A DNA stretch of 63,629 nt, counting the filler, from Collodictyon triciliatum (taxonomy: Eukaryota): the NCBI GenBank assembly GCA_043381765.1. It is 12 parts of 12 records of this genome, joined end to end, with 100 filler letters (N's around TTAATTAATTAA, not from the genome) between each part and the next. Parts side by side here need not be neighbours in the genome. Positions count along the whole stretch, not along the records: positions 10,691 to 15,934 come from JBHJMP010005351.1; positions 16,035 to 23,173 come from JBHJMP010005352.1; positions 23,274 to 28,513 come from JBHJMP010005353.1; 9 more parts are not named here. One strand, 5' to 3'. Below the pieces are notes generated by a model that was not told the origin of the DNA, made no database searches, and saw nothing but the letters and a program-made list of their open reading frames with translations. The first letter of the stretch is position 1. Every line of letters begins with the position of its first letter. The position numbers and the translations under genes are program-made. Shown one piece after another: positions 11,052 to 23,846 of this stretch.

Positions 11052-14000
11052 CTAGTCAAACAATGTATTCATCCACCGCCTTTGGTTATGAAGGACGATG
11101 CTATTGGTTCCATAGGCTTCTTCCAGAATGGGCAAAGCATCTTTTATGAGATTCTGAGCGTCCATCTTTTCTCCTACTTCATGTTTCATCCTTGCGAGCT
11201 GAATCAATAACCTACCCGAATGAGGGTGAACGTATCCAAGCAGTTTGGAGCGTCTGGAGAGCAGAGCAACCATTCTGTCGCAGCATTTATGATCTTTGCT
11301 CGAATTAAAGTCCAAAAGGCAGTTTTCCACTTCTAACGAAATCAAGAGAGGATGGTCATCTACCCACCACTGTTTTGCCGACTGCAGCGTCTCCAAAACA
11401 AAGCTTTTCGCTTCCCGACCCTCACCCCGAGTACGAAGAATGGAAGAAAGAATCAAAGCACAAGTTACTCTTTCCAACCGATAGCAACTCCAATCAGCAG
11501 ATTTAAATATGCCACACAAACTATTTGGGTTCTCCTCACCGCCAGAGTGATAGCGACATCCTATGAGAAGTATTTGCACCAAGATAACCAATGGATGTTG
11601 TGCCGAGTAGAGTTCACTTCGGATCGATAGTGCCCTTTCCAAATGCCCTGCACACAAAATTGTTTCTTCTAATTCCATATTTATTTGCGCAAGACCCTGG
11701 AAAGAATCAGCTAAATCACAATGTAAAGATGGGAGGGCGGATTCACGATTCACGAGTGACTGTCTGTATGAGTCAGATGCTCTAGAATACTGTCCCAAAT
11801 CTGTTTGCAACGACCCGATGAGGGATAAAGTTTGTGCTAGTCGTGGGTCCCGGGGATCTGATGATTTTTCTTGCAAGTTGAGAGCTTCCATCATTAAACT
11901 CAAGGCTGGGCGATATTTTCCCATCAAACGGTACACAGAAGCAGTTATGTGACATGCATATACTACTTTGATGTCGTCATCTGAGTGTCTTTCTCTTGTT
12001 TTCAATAAATGCGTTTCGGCACAAGACGATGCATACTTCCATTGCCCTATGGTCAGAAACACTTCAATAAAAACTACGCTGATGTCAAAATTCCAGTGAG
12101 GTTCAAACATCTCATGTATTTTTTTCACTAGTGATACGTCTTTTTGATATGCGAGACGCAAGATGATAGAATACTTCTTGGTATCGCTCACAAAACATTC
12201 GAATAAGTCACGTCTGAATAAGCGAAGAAGTGGCGAAGAATCCTTTAGACTGACCAAGTACTGAGCCAATTGAAAATACACATTTGCTTTTGTTTGTCCT
12301 TGAGGGATGTCACCCAGGCGATGAATAAGAAGATTCACATAATTCAAGCGAGGGTCACTCGGAAATTTGCGTTTTAGAATATCAAATGCCACTCTTCTGA
12401 TAAACCCATGCGAGAACTGAATGGTTCGGTCTCTAACCCGAAATAAAACCCCAAATTTCTTCAAGAAGGCAGAGTATATGCATGACGGTATTTCAAGCTG
12501 CCTGATGAGTTCAGACTCGTCTAATCCAGATGTTGCAGCAGAGAGATAACGGAAAAATCCCACGGCCACTGACTCATATTGGGCAAGAATCAGCTGTAAT
12601 ACACAATCGGTCAAATCATACATATTCCTGGCCTTTGACAACACCAAGGCGCGGTCTGTCATTTTTCCTTGCAGTAAATGCAACCCAACAGAAAACAACT
12701 GAGCAAAAAGTGGATTACCCTTGCAAACTGGATACATGATATCCACCACTTGTGGAATCCATGGATTGTCTGGCTCTATATTCATCATGAGAGTCTGTAT
12801 TTCACTCAAAGACCAAGAAGGTATTTCAAACACTTTCCAGCCTCTTGACTGAGCTATGGCAATATGATTGCTGTCAGAAGAAACCAAAACTATTTTTACT
12901 CCCTTTGAGAGCTTGTTTGGTACCCATGAGAATATCTGCTCATTTATGTTACTGCTTGCAAAATCGCCTAAATCATCTACAAAGAAGGTAGAAAATGACA
13001 ATTGGCTCTGAAGCAATAGGATATAACGGAAAAAGTTTGTATCCGGTTGTTCGTAAGTCCATACCCCTGGCACTTTGAGGATTTCCCTCTGCATCATGCT
13101 CGAAGTCAACTGTTTTTTAAATTTGTCTAGCATCGTTTCGAAATATGCGTTCTCGGGGTGTTTTGTAGTGGAGAAGTAGTATATCCCGCTGTCACCTTGG
13201 TCGTGTAGTTGGTGATAGTAATTTGTTAGCATGAAAGATTTCCCAGAACCAGGAGGACCATAAATCAAGACGGGTTGATTGGACGTGTCAATGCACTGCG
13301 TAAGTTGAAAAAGAGCCCCTTCCCTGTCAACCTGTTGCTCAGACGTATTGCATCCGAAAAAATCTTCCATGGATCTATGGCCTCCAGATAAACGATGCTC
13401 CAATATTTTAGTGTCACTCTTGAGTTTCTAGTAATAGTGGCATTTATTAGTGTTATAATTTATATATATATATATTTGTGGATCACATGTATTATGTAAG
13501 AGTGAGGCTACTGAACTGATATTATATCTTCACATATTCTCTCAACCAGCTGCTCTATTGAGCTATATTCAACAGTTGGGAACTTTGTGGAGACAAGGTT
13601 TCTCAAGGCGGGTTGTTTCTTTCGAGAATCAGCTGATGACCAATAATCCGGCTGTTCTTGGTCCTGATAATTATTGATAAAAGTTTTTTTTTTAGATGAA
13701 TGAGTGAGTCAAAGCAATGATAAAGGTTGAAGTTTAAATGGTACAATAGAAATGAAATAGGCGATGAAGTCGCTATGAAGTTACTTCAGATTTCATGTAG
13801 AAGAATCCACGGTTACAAGAAGGAATAGGTGCCATAGATGCCAGTCTTATCTAAAAATTAACAAAAAAAAAAATAATACATAAACGTAATCTACATATTA
13901 TTTCTCGATTCATATGATTCTAATCATAAGGAAAATACGATTATCAAACTATACTAATTATAAAGGGGCAAGTCCATTAAATCGTTCACTTAATGAACTG

Positions 14001-15427
14001 CAGTGTCTAAAAGAAGAGACAGAAACAGAAACAGAAACAGAAACAGAAACAGAAACAGAAACAGAAACAGAAACAGAAACAGAAACAGAAACAGAAACAG
14101 AAACAGAAACAGAAACNACAGAAACAGAAACAGAAACAGAAACAGAAACAGAAACAGAAACAGAAACAGAAACAGAAACAGAAACAGAAACAGAAACAGA
14201 AACAGAAACAGAAACAGAAACAGAAACAGAAACAGAAAAGGAAAAAGCGAGAAAATAATAGAAAAAGAAAAAAAGATGATGAAAAGGGAAAAAAAATAGA
14301 GAAGCACATGAAAACACATAACATCATGTAAAAGACACATCTCGGTCCTGCACAAAAGTTGAAAGGAAGAATAAAAAAAAAATGTAAAAGACACATACTT
14401 CCACTTCAGATGTGCTCAAATCTTCCATTTCGGCTAGCTCTGGAAAGTCTATGATAAGTTCGGGTGTAGTGACTTCCGAGTCGTGTTCATTAGGCACTGC
14501 ACCGTAACGAGAGCCAACCAAAGCGACAAAGTAATGGGATTCGCGCAAGAGCCTCAGATTTCTAAGCCTTTTGCAGCCAAAGACCCTTGTGTAGAACGGG
14601 TTTGTGGGCCACGTGAGAGAATCCATCAGCGTAGGCCCGGCCAGCGGGACAGAAGGAATGAGCGGGTCGATGGAGGCCACAGACACGAGCGACTGAGGTG
14701 ATTGGCCCGAGGCAAAAGACGGTGTTCGGGACATGAGAAGGCCTTCCACAGCAACGGCGTCAATTGTATGCGTGACCGGGCGGATTGGATCCGAGGCCCT
14801 GAGACTCCACTCTGTGTCCTCATCGGCCACAACAATGAGTCCGATGCGATGGTGATCAGCCCAGCGGAGCAGCCTGGGGATTATCTCCCGCTGCATGGCA
14901 GCCATCTCCCTGACCAAAGACGAGTCACCCACAGAAAAGTAGATGCGAATCATTGCCCCGGCCACGTCGCCGCCAAAGGGCTTCAGCAGAGTCCCTGTCT
15001 CTGCCGCTTTTGCAGGCTCGTCCTCTTGCGGCTGGACCAGAGAGTCCGGAATCGATGGCGAAAGCATCGGCAGCCGCGGCGGCGCAGAGTCTGCGGCGTT
15101 GTCCAGGATGGAGCTTTGGATGCAGTTGATGGCCGGGGACGGTGATTGCACAAAAAGATACCGTGTGTTGGGGGATTCCATCGCGCCCGAAAGAAGGACG
15201 CGCCCGGCAACGCCGCTGTCTGATTCGGTTGTGAATGAAGCCTCAGCATCTGCGTTTGTGTTTGTGTTTGCGTTTGTGTTTGCGGCTGGTGCGTTCATTG
15301 GCTGCTTATCTGGGCCGTGTGCTTTTGCTGCTTCGGCAGAGGGCTTTGCGCTTGATTTGCGGCGCGGAGCAGACTTTGCGGCTGCCTCTGGAGACGCTGA
15401 TCGGCCCAGTGAGGCGCAGCTGCCCAT
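11052..15427 (-). CDS. NPHP3/TTC41-like DUF4062-NACHT/AAA-TPR protein, ~4 exons (15427-14399, ~13850-13785, ~13660-13517, ~13428-11052)
   Basis: Starts MGSCAS. DUF4062-like segments IRIYFS...REIIPRL and YFVALVGSRYG...STSEVE. Walker A GPPGSGKS, Walker B FFVDDL, C-terminal kinesin-light-chain-type TPRs. GT-AG boundaries; internal exon edges are approximate. Confidence 0.8.
14018..14237. repeat. (GAAACA)n microsatellite in intron 1 of the NPHP3-like gene
   Basis: Direct hexamer repeat. Confidence 0.97.
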
Positions 15428-16035
15428 TGCGACCTTGGCGAGGAACGTGGTGTGAAAAGATTTCTTCATTTCTTACTTTCCTTCTCCTCTGACTTTTATA
15501 TTTTTTCTGGTTTCTTTACTTTTTCTCTCTCTCTCTCTTTTTTTTTTTAAAAAAAAATAACGGGTTGTTTTGATGGGTGATGAATGAAAGCGTTTTGCTT
15601 TGTTTCCTTCTGTGTGTTTATGGCTATGTGTAATTATCGACGGAGAGTTTGTGAGTCGATCTCCTTGGACTTTGTTTGAGTTCGGACTTTGATTCCCTTT
15701 TGGATGCGCGATTGGGAGAGAAAGAGAGAAAAAGGCAGCATCAAAAGAAATAAGAAAGAAAGAAAAAAAAAGTAACTATGTCCTGGCGCTGCGTCTCTAC
15801 AGTTACGTACATTGTCATTCAAACCAAAAGAAACAAAACAAAACAAAACAAAACAAAACAAAACAAAACAAAACAAAACAAAACAAAACAAAACAAAACA
15901 AAACAAAACAAAACAAAACAAAACAAAACAAAACNNNNNNNNNNNNNNNNNNNNNNNNNNNNNNNNNNNNNNNNNNNNTTAATTAATTAANNNNNNNNNN
16001 NNNNNNNNNNNNNNNNNNNNNNNNNNNNNNNNNNT

Positions 16036-16115
<80 letters not shown>

Positions 16116-16639
16116 TGTGTGTGTGTGTGAAAATACTAGTCTTAAATGGGATTATCTCCGTCTTTGGCTTTCTTCATTTCCAAGGTTTATTTAAAATAAA
16201 AAATTAATCAATATTATCAAACATGTATTTCAGTATTTTAGAGTCATAATGGTACTTTTTTTTTCTCACAACTAACCACCAATTTACATTTTGGTAGATG
16301 ACACAGAGCCCAATATCTTACTGAACTATTCGTCCAAGAATAATCCGTTCATTTGTAAGTATATACTTTTTAAAATTCATCACGTATTTATTCTAACCCA
16401 AATCAAAGTCGATCTCAAAGGTACTTATAAAAGTAGTATATTTATTTATTTGTTCATTTATTTATTTATTATTTTCCTTTATTCGATTCAAAGTTTACTT
16501 ATTTACTTGTTACCCTTATCAAAATATTGTTTAGTGGCTGTGCGATTGTCGTTCATAATACTATTGACCGTTTTGTCTCCGCTCGCATACCAGCCTTTAC
16601 AAAGAACTATCGAAAATTTATACTTATTACATCGTTCAG

Positions 16640-17740
16640 CATACCCAATAGACAATCTAACGGTTTGATATAACGTTTTATCCCCAAAATATTAATTTAA
16701 TGAGATTTTGTTCGACCAAAATTTATAGTAAGAATTTTTAATAACCTCACTTAATCATGAATCTTCCTGACAGCTATCCATCAACGAGAGCCAATTTCCT
16801 ATTGACGGCTCACTTTCGACAAAATTTAAAGTTTCAGAAACGATTATCGTTTTTTCTTCTGCAGCTGCGATATCTACATTTACCCCGAGTCTTCAAGAGG
16901 TTTTCTTCCATTACTTTCCTTTTTTTTCTTAAAAAAAAAATGCATCTGGGCTTTTTTATGGGAAATTATCATGATTTTGAAGTTTTTCATAAACTGGGAT
17001 AACTAATCACATTTGGGCGTTATTTTACATCAATCCTTTCTATGTAAAAGCCAATATCAATAACTGGGGCTTGTTTTTCTGCCCTGCTGAACTTCACCTT
17101 TCCATCACTTCTCTATCTGAAAACTATCCCAGAGGTACGCATTTCGTAATCATGACATCATTTTTCGTTAGAGGTAGCAAAATTGTATGTAAGAACTTGA
17201 TTTTTTTTTCCTTGTTAAATTCAAAGTTATATAAAAAATTGGTATATATAGGCAACCTTTTTGCAGAAGCTTGGACCAAGGCTAGTTTCCCTGTTTGGTA
17301 TATTCGTTTGTTTTTCATGTTTATCAGCCGTGGCCATTATACATTCTCCGGTATAATTTATGGATTTAACTTCATCTCAAATGTTACGTTCGTGGAAAAT
17401 AAACTGACAAATAAAATTAAGAAAAAAAAGTGTCCTTGATTTGTGCTAATTTAGCTTTACCTTTCCCGATTTTCAATAATACCTACATTGAACTACCACT
17501 ATTTGTTCTTCTGCTTCAAAAAAAAAAACGTCTGGAAATAGTCTCCCTTAATTTTTCTTGCTTTAATTCTGATTCATCATGCCTTCTTGTAGGACAACTT
17601 TGCTATTTAATTCACGAGATAGTCTCATTAATGAATATCTTAAGCTTATCATATGTGGTTGAATTCTGAAGCTAAAGATTTTCAGATATCCCCCTTGTTA
17701 ATATATTTTCATCACCACCCAACTAATTGCAACACGTCTG
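16640..17740 (-). mobile_element. Heavily decayed Penelope-like element (PLE) reverse transcriptase relic
   Basis: One minus frame from 17400 reads IMATADK...FCKKVAY...TY...YPSL*KTSKS**FPIKKPRCI, resembling PLE VPADK...CKxxY...PxLYxxPKxHKxPxKxRFI. Later FGDKTLYQTVRLSIG resembles FGxxxYxQxxGxxMG. Many stops. Confidence 0.5.
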
Positions 17741-18932
17741 TAGATTATTTGTTTATTGATTGATTCATCTTAAAACAAAATGATGGTTCGGCATATTTTG
17801 GCAAAGTTAAAAAAAGGGGTTGGGTATAAAAAATATCGAAAAATGTATTAATTACTCTGCTGTTGTTTTTATTGACCCCATTTATTATTCTTTTTTTAAA
17901 AAAAATAAACGAGGATTGCATAGAGGTCTATATGAGTAGGCCTGTGTGAGTTAAAAAATTGAATCTGCCAGAGATGGACGAAAACTAAAGTTTGAGAGGA
18001 GATTAATATCCTCCGTATATTCATCGCAAACAGACCACCAGTAGAAATTTTGAAGGAGCTCAAACTCTGGAATATTTACGGGCTATCTCATCCTATACCA
18101 TGATCAATAGTCGATGAACGGAGTCAAGGATGCACCTGCAAAGAATGTCACCACTGAGAGTCAAACTGTTTCCGTATTTTCTGGTTTTTGCCGTGATGGA
18201 ATCAAAAAAGACACAAGATTTATGCCTTTCAAAACAGCAACCTCCCCTAACGACTACATCTATTTTCATCGTAACGGAATCCTCTACTTTTGTCAATTTT
18301 CCTCAATAATTCAATAAAAAAAATAGCAGATTAGTCAAGTCTTCTGATAACAATCCGTTTTATTTCATTGAATTACACTCGGTATGGAAGAGATGTTTTT
18401 CCATGTCGTTCCTTGCGGTTGGCCGGGTATTTGCGTGACGCGCTGCGTGATGCCGGAAATCAGACAAGGCCGAATGAAACAGTGAACGAGGGGCTGCCGC
18501 AAAGAAGGTCACCCGATAACAAGTCCGCGTATCCCAGCCGAAGAAGGCCAGGCTGTCTGGCCAGCCTTTCATCAAAGCCATCGTCGCAATATCGCTTCGG
18601 ATGTGAGAGCAAAGCCACGCAAAACTGGCTGGTTATTCTTGCCTCCAAGGTTGTGCTTGTAAAAGCACCACCCAAAAGGCAAAGTGAGAGAGGGAGAAAG
18701 TATGTATGAGAGATAGTGAGAGAGAAAAGCGGTGGAATCCCACAACGTCTGCAAGTAGTAGCAAACAAGAGTTGTCGGTATTCTATAGCACGTTGTTTAT
18801 TCTCCAGCTGCATGCGCTCTACCCAACCTGTGTATATAAGCTGACAAAGAAAAGATTGAGTGTCGACTCCATAAAGTAACCTGCTTGACCAGGCAGAAAA
18901 CAATCAGCAGCAACGGATACGCCTGGTGTGGA

Positions 18933-20194
18933 ATGGGAGCCAACTCGTCAGCACTTTCGCCCGAAGAGCTTGCAGAAATGCAGGCCATCTCAAGCTGTAA
19001 GAACCACCATAAGAAAATACCTTCTCTCTTTTNNNNNNNNNNNNNNNNNNNNNNNNNNNNNNNNNNNNNNNNNNNNNNNNNNNNNNNNNNNNNNNNNNNN
19101 NNNNNNNNNNNNNNNNNNNNNNNNNNNNNNNNNNNNNNNNNNNNNNNNNNNNNNNNNNNNNNNNNNNNNNNNNNNNNNNNNNNNNNNNNNNNNNNNNNNN
19201 NNNNNNNNNNNNNNNNNNNNNNNNNNNNNNNNNNNNNNNNNNNNNNNNNNNNNNNNNNNNNNNNNNNNNNNNNNNNNNNNNNNNNNNNNNNNNNNNNNNN
19301 NNNNNNNNNNNNNNNNNNNNNNNNNNNNNNNNNNNNNNNNNNNNNNNNNNNNNNNNNNNNNNNNNNNNNNNNNNNNNNNNNNNNNNNNNNNNNNNNNNNN
19401 NNNNNNNNNNNNNNNNNNNNNNNNNNNNNNNNNNNNNNNNNNNNNNNNNNNNNNNNNNNNNNNNNNNNNNNNNNNNNNNNNNNNNNNNNNNNNNNNNNNN
19501 NNNNNNNNNNNNNNNNNNNNNNNNNNNNNNNNNNNNNNNNNNNNNNNNNNNNNAAAAAAAAAAACTCAAACTACAATATACTACCTCTGGCCACAAGTCG
19601 CTTTCCAGGTGAGCTGGTTGTGTAATATATATATATACAATTGCATGCTATTAACCCTATATAAATTTTTCAATTAAGATATTCCTCTTTAACAAAGTAT
19701 TAATCAGCTCATCAACCAAATAATATTCAGGTTTACGACATCGACTGTGATGGATTCATATCTAATGGAGAGCTCTTTCAGGTTCTCAAAATGATGGTTG
19801 GCAATAATCTCACTGATGTACAGCTTCAACAAATCGTAGACAAGACCATTATCGAAGGAGATAAGGACAAGGATGGAAAAATTTCCTTCGATGAGTTCAC
19901 TCGGGTGAGAAATTCCTTTGTCAAATACAAACTGGAATCTACCTTGTCAGTCTAGATCACGTTGGTCATATGATAGTAAGCTCAATTCTTCTCACTTGTT
20001 GTAATTCATTCGATTTTGCTTGTCAACCAGATGGTGGCCAACACTGACGTAGAGAGCAAAATGACGGTAACATTGATTTATGAGAAACACTTAAATTTGT
20101 CCCGCATCACTCCAGTATCTCATGGAACCTTCGCCTAGGCTTCGAATATCTTTAAGTATGACTACCTACTTATTCACAATAGATCAAGTTTTGA
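18933..20194 (+). CDS. CNB1: Calcineurin B regulatory subunit (multi-exon; middle lost in the N gap)
   Basis: MGANSS start; micro-exon (F)AFQ at 19598-19608; exon [56 protein letters not shown]; then [12 protein letters not shown] and a final IKF* at 20183-20194. Confidence 0.95.
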
Positions 20195-20281
20195 TGTGCT
20201 CTTCTGTAACCACACTGTTTCTCGAATCTTTGGGGACTGCAGATGCGTGACCATGTTTATTAAATAAAAACAAACCCTGAA

Positions 20282-20649
20282 TTGGCTATGCTGTTATCCT
20301 CTGCCGTGAATGTGCCCAGGCTTGACAGCCTCGTGCAATACAGTTTCCTGAACAGTCTGCTGAAACACGCGCGCATTCTTCGCTACTCTGACCGCAAACG
20401 GAGAGAGATGTGGGAATGTGTCGTAAGATATCTCCCACAGCATATCCAACCCCTGCTACCCACGCAACCAATCAACCAGTTGGGACGCCCACCTGACCAA
20501 CTCGCTATCACCGATTTCCTTCCAGTGCTACCCTCTCCACGGTAGTGTCTTCACCTACTCGCGTTTGCTCTCTATCATAAACACTTATCTCACCCCTTTG
20601 TATGACATAAGCTTCGTGCACTTTGAATCGAATAAAGGGGAAAAAAAAA
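20282..20649 (+). mobile_element. Probable 5'-truncated non-LTR retrotransposon 3' end
   Basis: Short ORF (FLNSLLKHARILRYSDRKRREMW) homologous to 31782-32200, then a stop, AATAAA and an A-tract. Confidence 0.55.
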
Positions 20650-21483
20650 TCTTACACAACATACAACCTAACCTAAGCTCATCACCAACCAACCTAGTTC
20701 TCGGGTGGGGGATATATTTAATTTTCCAGAATTAGATCCGGCAACTGGATCGTGGACAATCACAGGCAGACGGAAGTCAAGGACTTTCTTTGTGATTGAG
20801 GAATGATCGCGCGCCTCTGCCTTTCTCTGGCACCCGGCTGCCTTGCGGGCGAGTCTCAGTGTTGCTCACGGAAACAATATGAGCAGCAGGGCAGTGATGA
20901 AAAGTGCGTTGTGGATACGGGCGGGCTTCGTAATCAGCCGCTTCGGCCGCTGTCTTGTCTCTGTCGAAAATCAGGACGGGGCGGGCTCGGATGGGCAGGA
21001 AAAGCGCGGCAGTCTGTGTTGGAGTAAACTTGTCCAGCTTCTCTGCTCCCTGCAAAAGTTTTCCTCAAAGTATGAGACCACCCAGCAACACTTTTCCTTT
21101 CACACACGACTGAACTTAATCTGAACTTTTGACAAGTTGGTGTATAATTCCTCCTTTTTTTCTTTTTTCTTTTTTCTTTTTCTTTTTTCTTTTTTCTTTT
21201 TCTTTTTTCTTTTTTCTTTTTTCTTTTTTCTTTTTTCTTTTTTCTTTTTNNNNNNNNNNNNNNNNNNNNNNNNNNNNNNNNNNNNNNNNNNNNNNNNNNN
21301 NNNNNNNNNNNNNNNNNNNNNNNNNNNNNNNNNNNNNNNNNNNNNNNNNNNNNNNNNNNNNNNNNNNNNNNNNNNNNNNNNNNNNNNNNNNGTGTGTGTG
21401 TGTGTGTGTGTGTCACAGTTTAATAACTCGCTCAATACCTTTTTGCCTCACCCATCCGCTCTTCCATGCGTCCTTCCGACCAG

Positions 21484-21920
21484 TGCTTCCCGCAGCATCA
21501 TTCAGTTTCGAGAATTCGACGTTGTACTTGAAAGCAACGGGAAAATCTTTGCAGCTTTGGTGTGCCAGCGTGGTGTGGCCTTAGAAAGCGTTCAGATGGT
21601 GAGTTGGCCAAGCATAGTCAGTTGTACTAAATTCTATCGCTTTCAAAGTATGCTTCTTGTAGTTTCTTTCCTTTGTCTCCTCTTATATTTTCTCTGGTAA
21701 TTATCACTTGCAGAAAGCTGTGCAGGCTCTTTACACATTCACCAGATTGTACTCTACCCAAATCCAAATCATATTGAAAGAGGATAAGGAAAATACAGAG
21801 AAAATGCTGAATGATTATACCATCCAATCGGAGCTGCAAGCTAAGAAAGAAGATAAAATGGAAACTATGCCGGAATTTGATGAGTTCTCTGCGCAATACT
21901 TTCGGTTAGTCCGGAAATAA
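21484..21920 (+). CDS. Last two exons of a hypothetical protein (possibly longin-like)
   Basis: Exon ending ATG|GTGAGT joins a TTGCAG acceptor in frame and runs to the stop at 21920. The 5' part is in the gap. Confidence 0.5.
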
Positions 21921-23790
21921 TGCGGATTTCGATCGATGTATAGGTCATTGTACACACCTTAATTATGTACAAATAGATCTCTGTTAGCTACCCCTCCTTA
22001 TGACTGGTTTTGGCTGTGGTATATTACATCAAATGAGAGTGTATCGAGAGCCATGATTGTCGATTCTTCTTGCAGAGTTTTAATTTCATCTATGGTCTCT
22101 GAGGTGATATTTGAAATCTGATTGCTTTCGATCTCCAGCATTAGACTTCCTTTATTGCTTATACGATTCCAATAAACTATCTTCGTGCAACATGCAAATA
22201 TCAAAAGGTCATTTCTCATAGGACTCACCATTTAAGCAAGGATTAATGGCGAACAGCAGGTCATCCATCTGGAGCATAATATCTCAAAATGCGAAAAATT
22301 TGATGGACTCGTACCCTCTGAATCCATCAGCCTCTTCTGATTTAAAGGAAAAGGTTAGTTATTAGAAAAAAAAAATTTTTTTTTGAAAGTTTGACTTTAT
22401 ATATCACTGATTATCGTAATCCCACTCTTACATACGGTAAATTGTGACTCTGCAGATTACCAGGACATTAGAATTCTCGCCAATTGATTCAACATTTACT
22501 CTCGTTGTATGTATTCGTTTGATTCGCATCCCTGGGGGAGGTTGCTTGATCACCTATTTCAACATCGTGCGTAATCGTTACTTTCATATTTTACCACTGA
22601 TGGTATTATCTGATTATATCAATATGTTTTCTTATCTTCGCCCTTTTCAGGCGATGCATACATCAGTAATATTTAAAGTTTTGCATAAACGAATAATACA
22701 ATTCTAATTCTAATTTATTCGAATCGTATGGCTCTCGATCATCACAATAACTATATATATATAAAAAAAACAGAAGAAAGGTTAGCTCTTCAGCACCATA
22801 ATTTATATAATCTATCAGAGTCAATTCCATTTTTCTTTTCTTCTATTTGATTTTATTATATAAAAAAGTAGCTTCTAGTGCTCATATGTACCTCACTGAT
22901 TCGGCATTAACATTCTATGAAAGATTCTGCACCACATATTAATCCAGGTTCTTTGGGATATCGAGCTGTTAATTCAGAATCTATCCCTTCGAAGCTACTG
23001 GAATCCATTCATGGGACAGGTTAGTAATTCGCCAGCTAAGGCCTACCTTGTATCCCCCACCCCCCACCCTCATCTTTCTTCTTTTTTCTTCTTTTTTCTT
23101 CTTTTTTCTTCTTTTTTCTTCTTTTTTCTTCTTTTTTCTTCTTTTTTCTTCTTTTTTCTTCTTTTTTCTTCTTNNNNNNNNNNNNNNNNNNNNNNNNNNN
23201 NNNNNNNNNNNNNNNNNTTAATTAATTAANNNNNNNNNNNNNNNNNNNNNNNNNNNNNNNNNNNNNNNNNNNNAAAGGAAAAGAAAAGGAAAAGAAAAGA
23301 AAAAAAAAGGAAAAGAAAAGGAAAGGAAAGGAAAGAAAAGAAAAAAGGAAAGGAAAAAGAAAAGAAAAGAAAGGAAAGGAAAGGAAAGGAAAAGAAAAGG
23401 AAAAAAAAGGAAAAGAAAAGGAAAGGAAAGGAAAGAAAAGAAAAAAGGAAAGGAAAAAGAAAAGAAAAGAAAGGAAAGGAAAGGAAAGGAAAGGAAAGGA
23501 AAGGAAAGGAAAGGAAAGGAAAAGAAAAGGAAAAGAAAAGAAAAGGAAAAGAAAAGGAAAAGGAAAAGGGAAAAGAAAAGGAAAAGGATTCAACAAAATC
23601 AAATAGATATGTTTTCATTTTTGTGTTTTTATTCTGTTTTCATGGAGCGTCCTTCTGGGAAAAAGCGGAGGTCTGCTTGAAAAAACCCAGAGAATCCCCT
23701 CCATCTAAAATAAATGAAATTAAGGAACATGTATTCATATGCATTTACTAATATTACTTACCTTGTTAAGCTCAGGCTTTCTTTCTCCAC

Positions 23791-23808
23791 TCAGCTGCTT
23801 TCATCGTT

Positions 23809-23846
<38 letters not shown>

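Noticed and set aside
16640-17740. Selenocysteine or recoded UGA in the PLE relic, or an alternative genetic code
   Set aside because: TAA, TAG and TGA all interrupt the frame and there are frameshifts. Host genes in the window use all three stops normally.
18460-18903. RYCDDG as an RT catalytic YxDD motif
   Set aside because: It lies upstream of the PLE motifs in the wrong order and has no supporting RT context.
21998-23010. Possible minus-strand gene
   Set aside because: I could not assemble a consistent spliced ORF or identify a domain.
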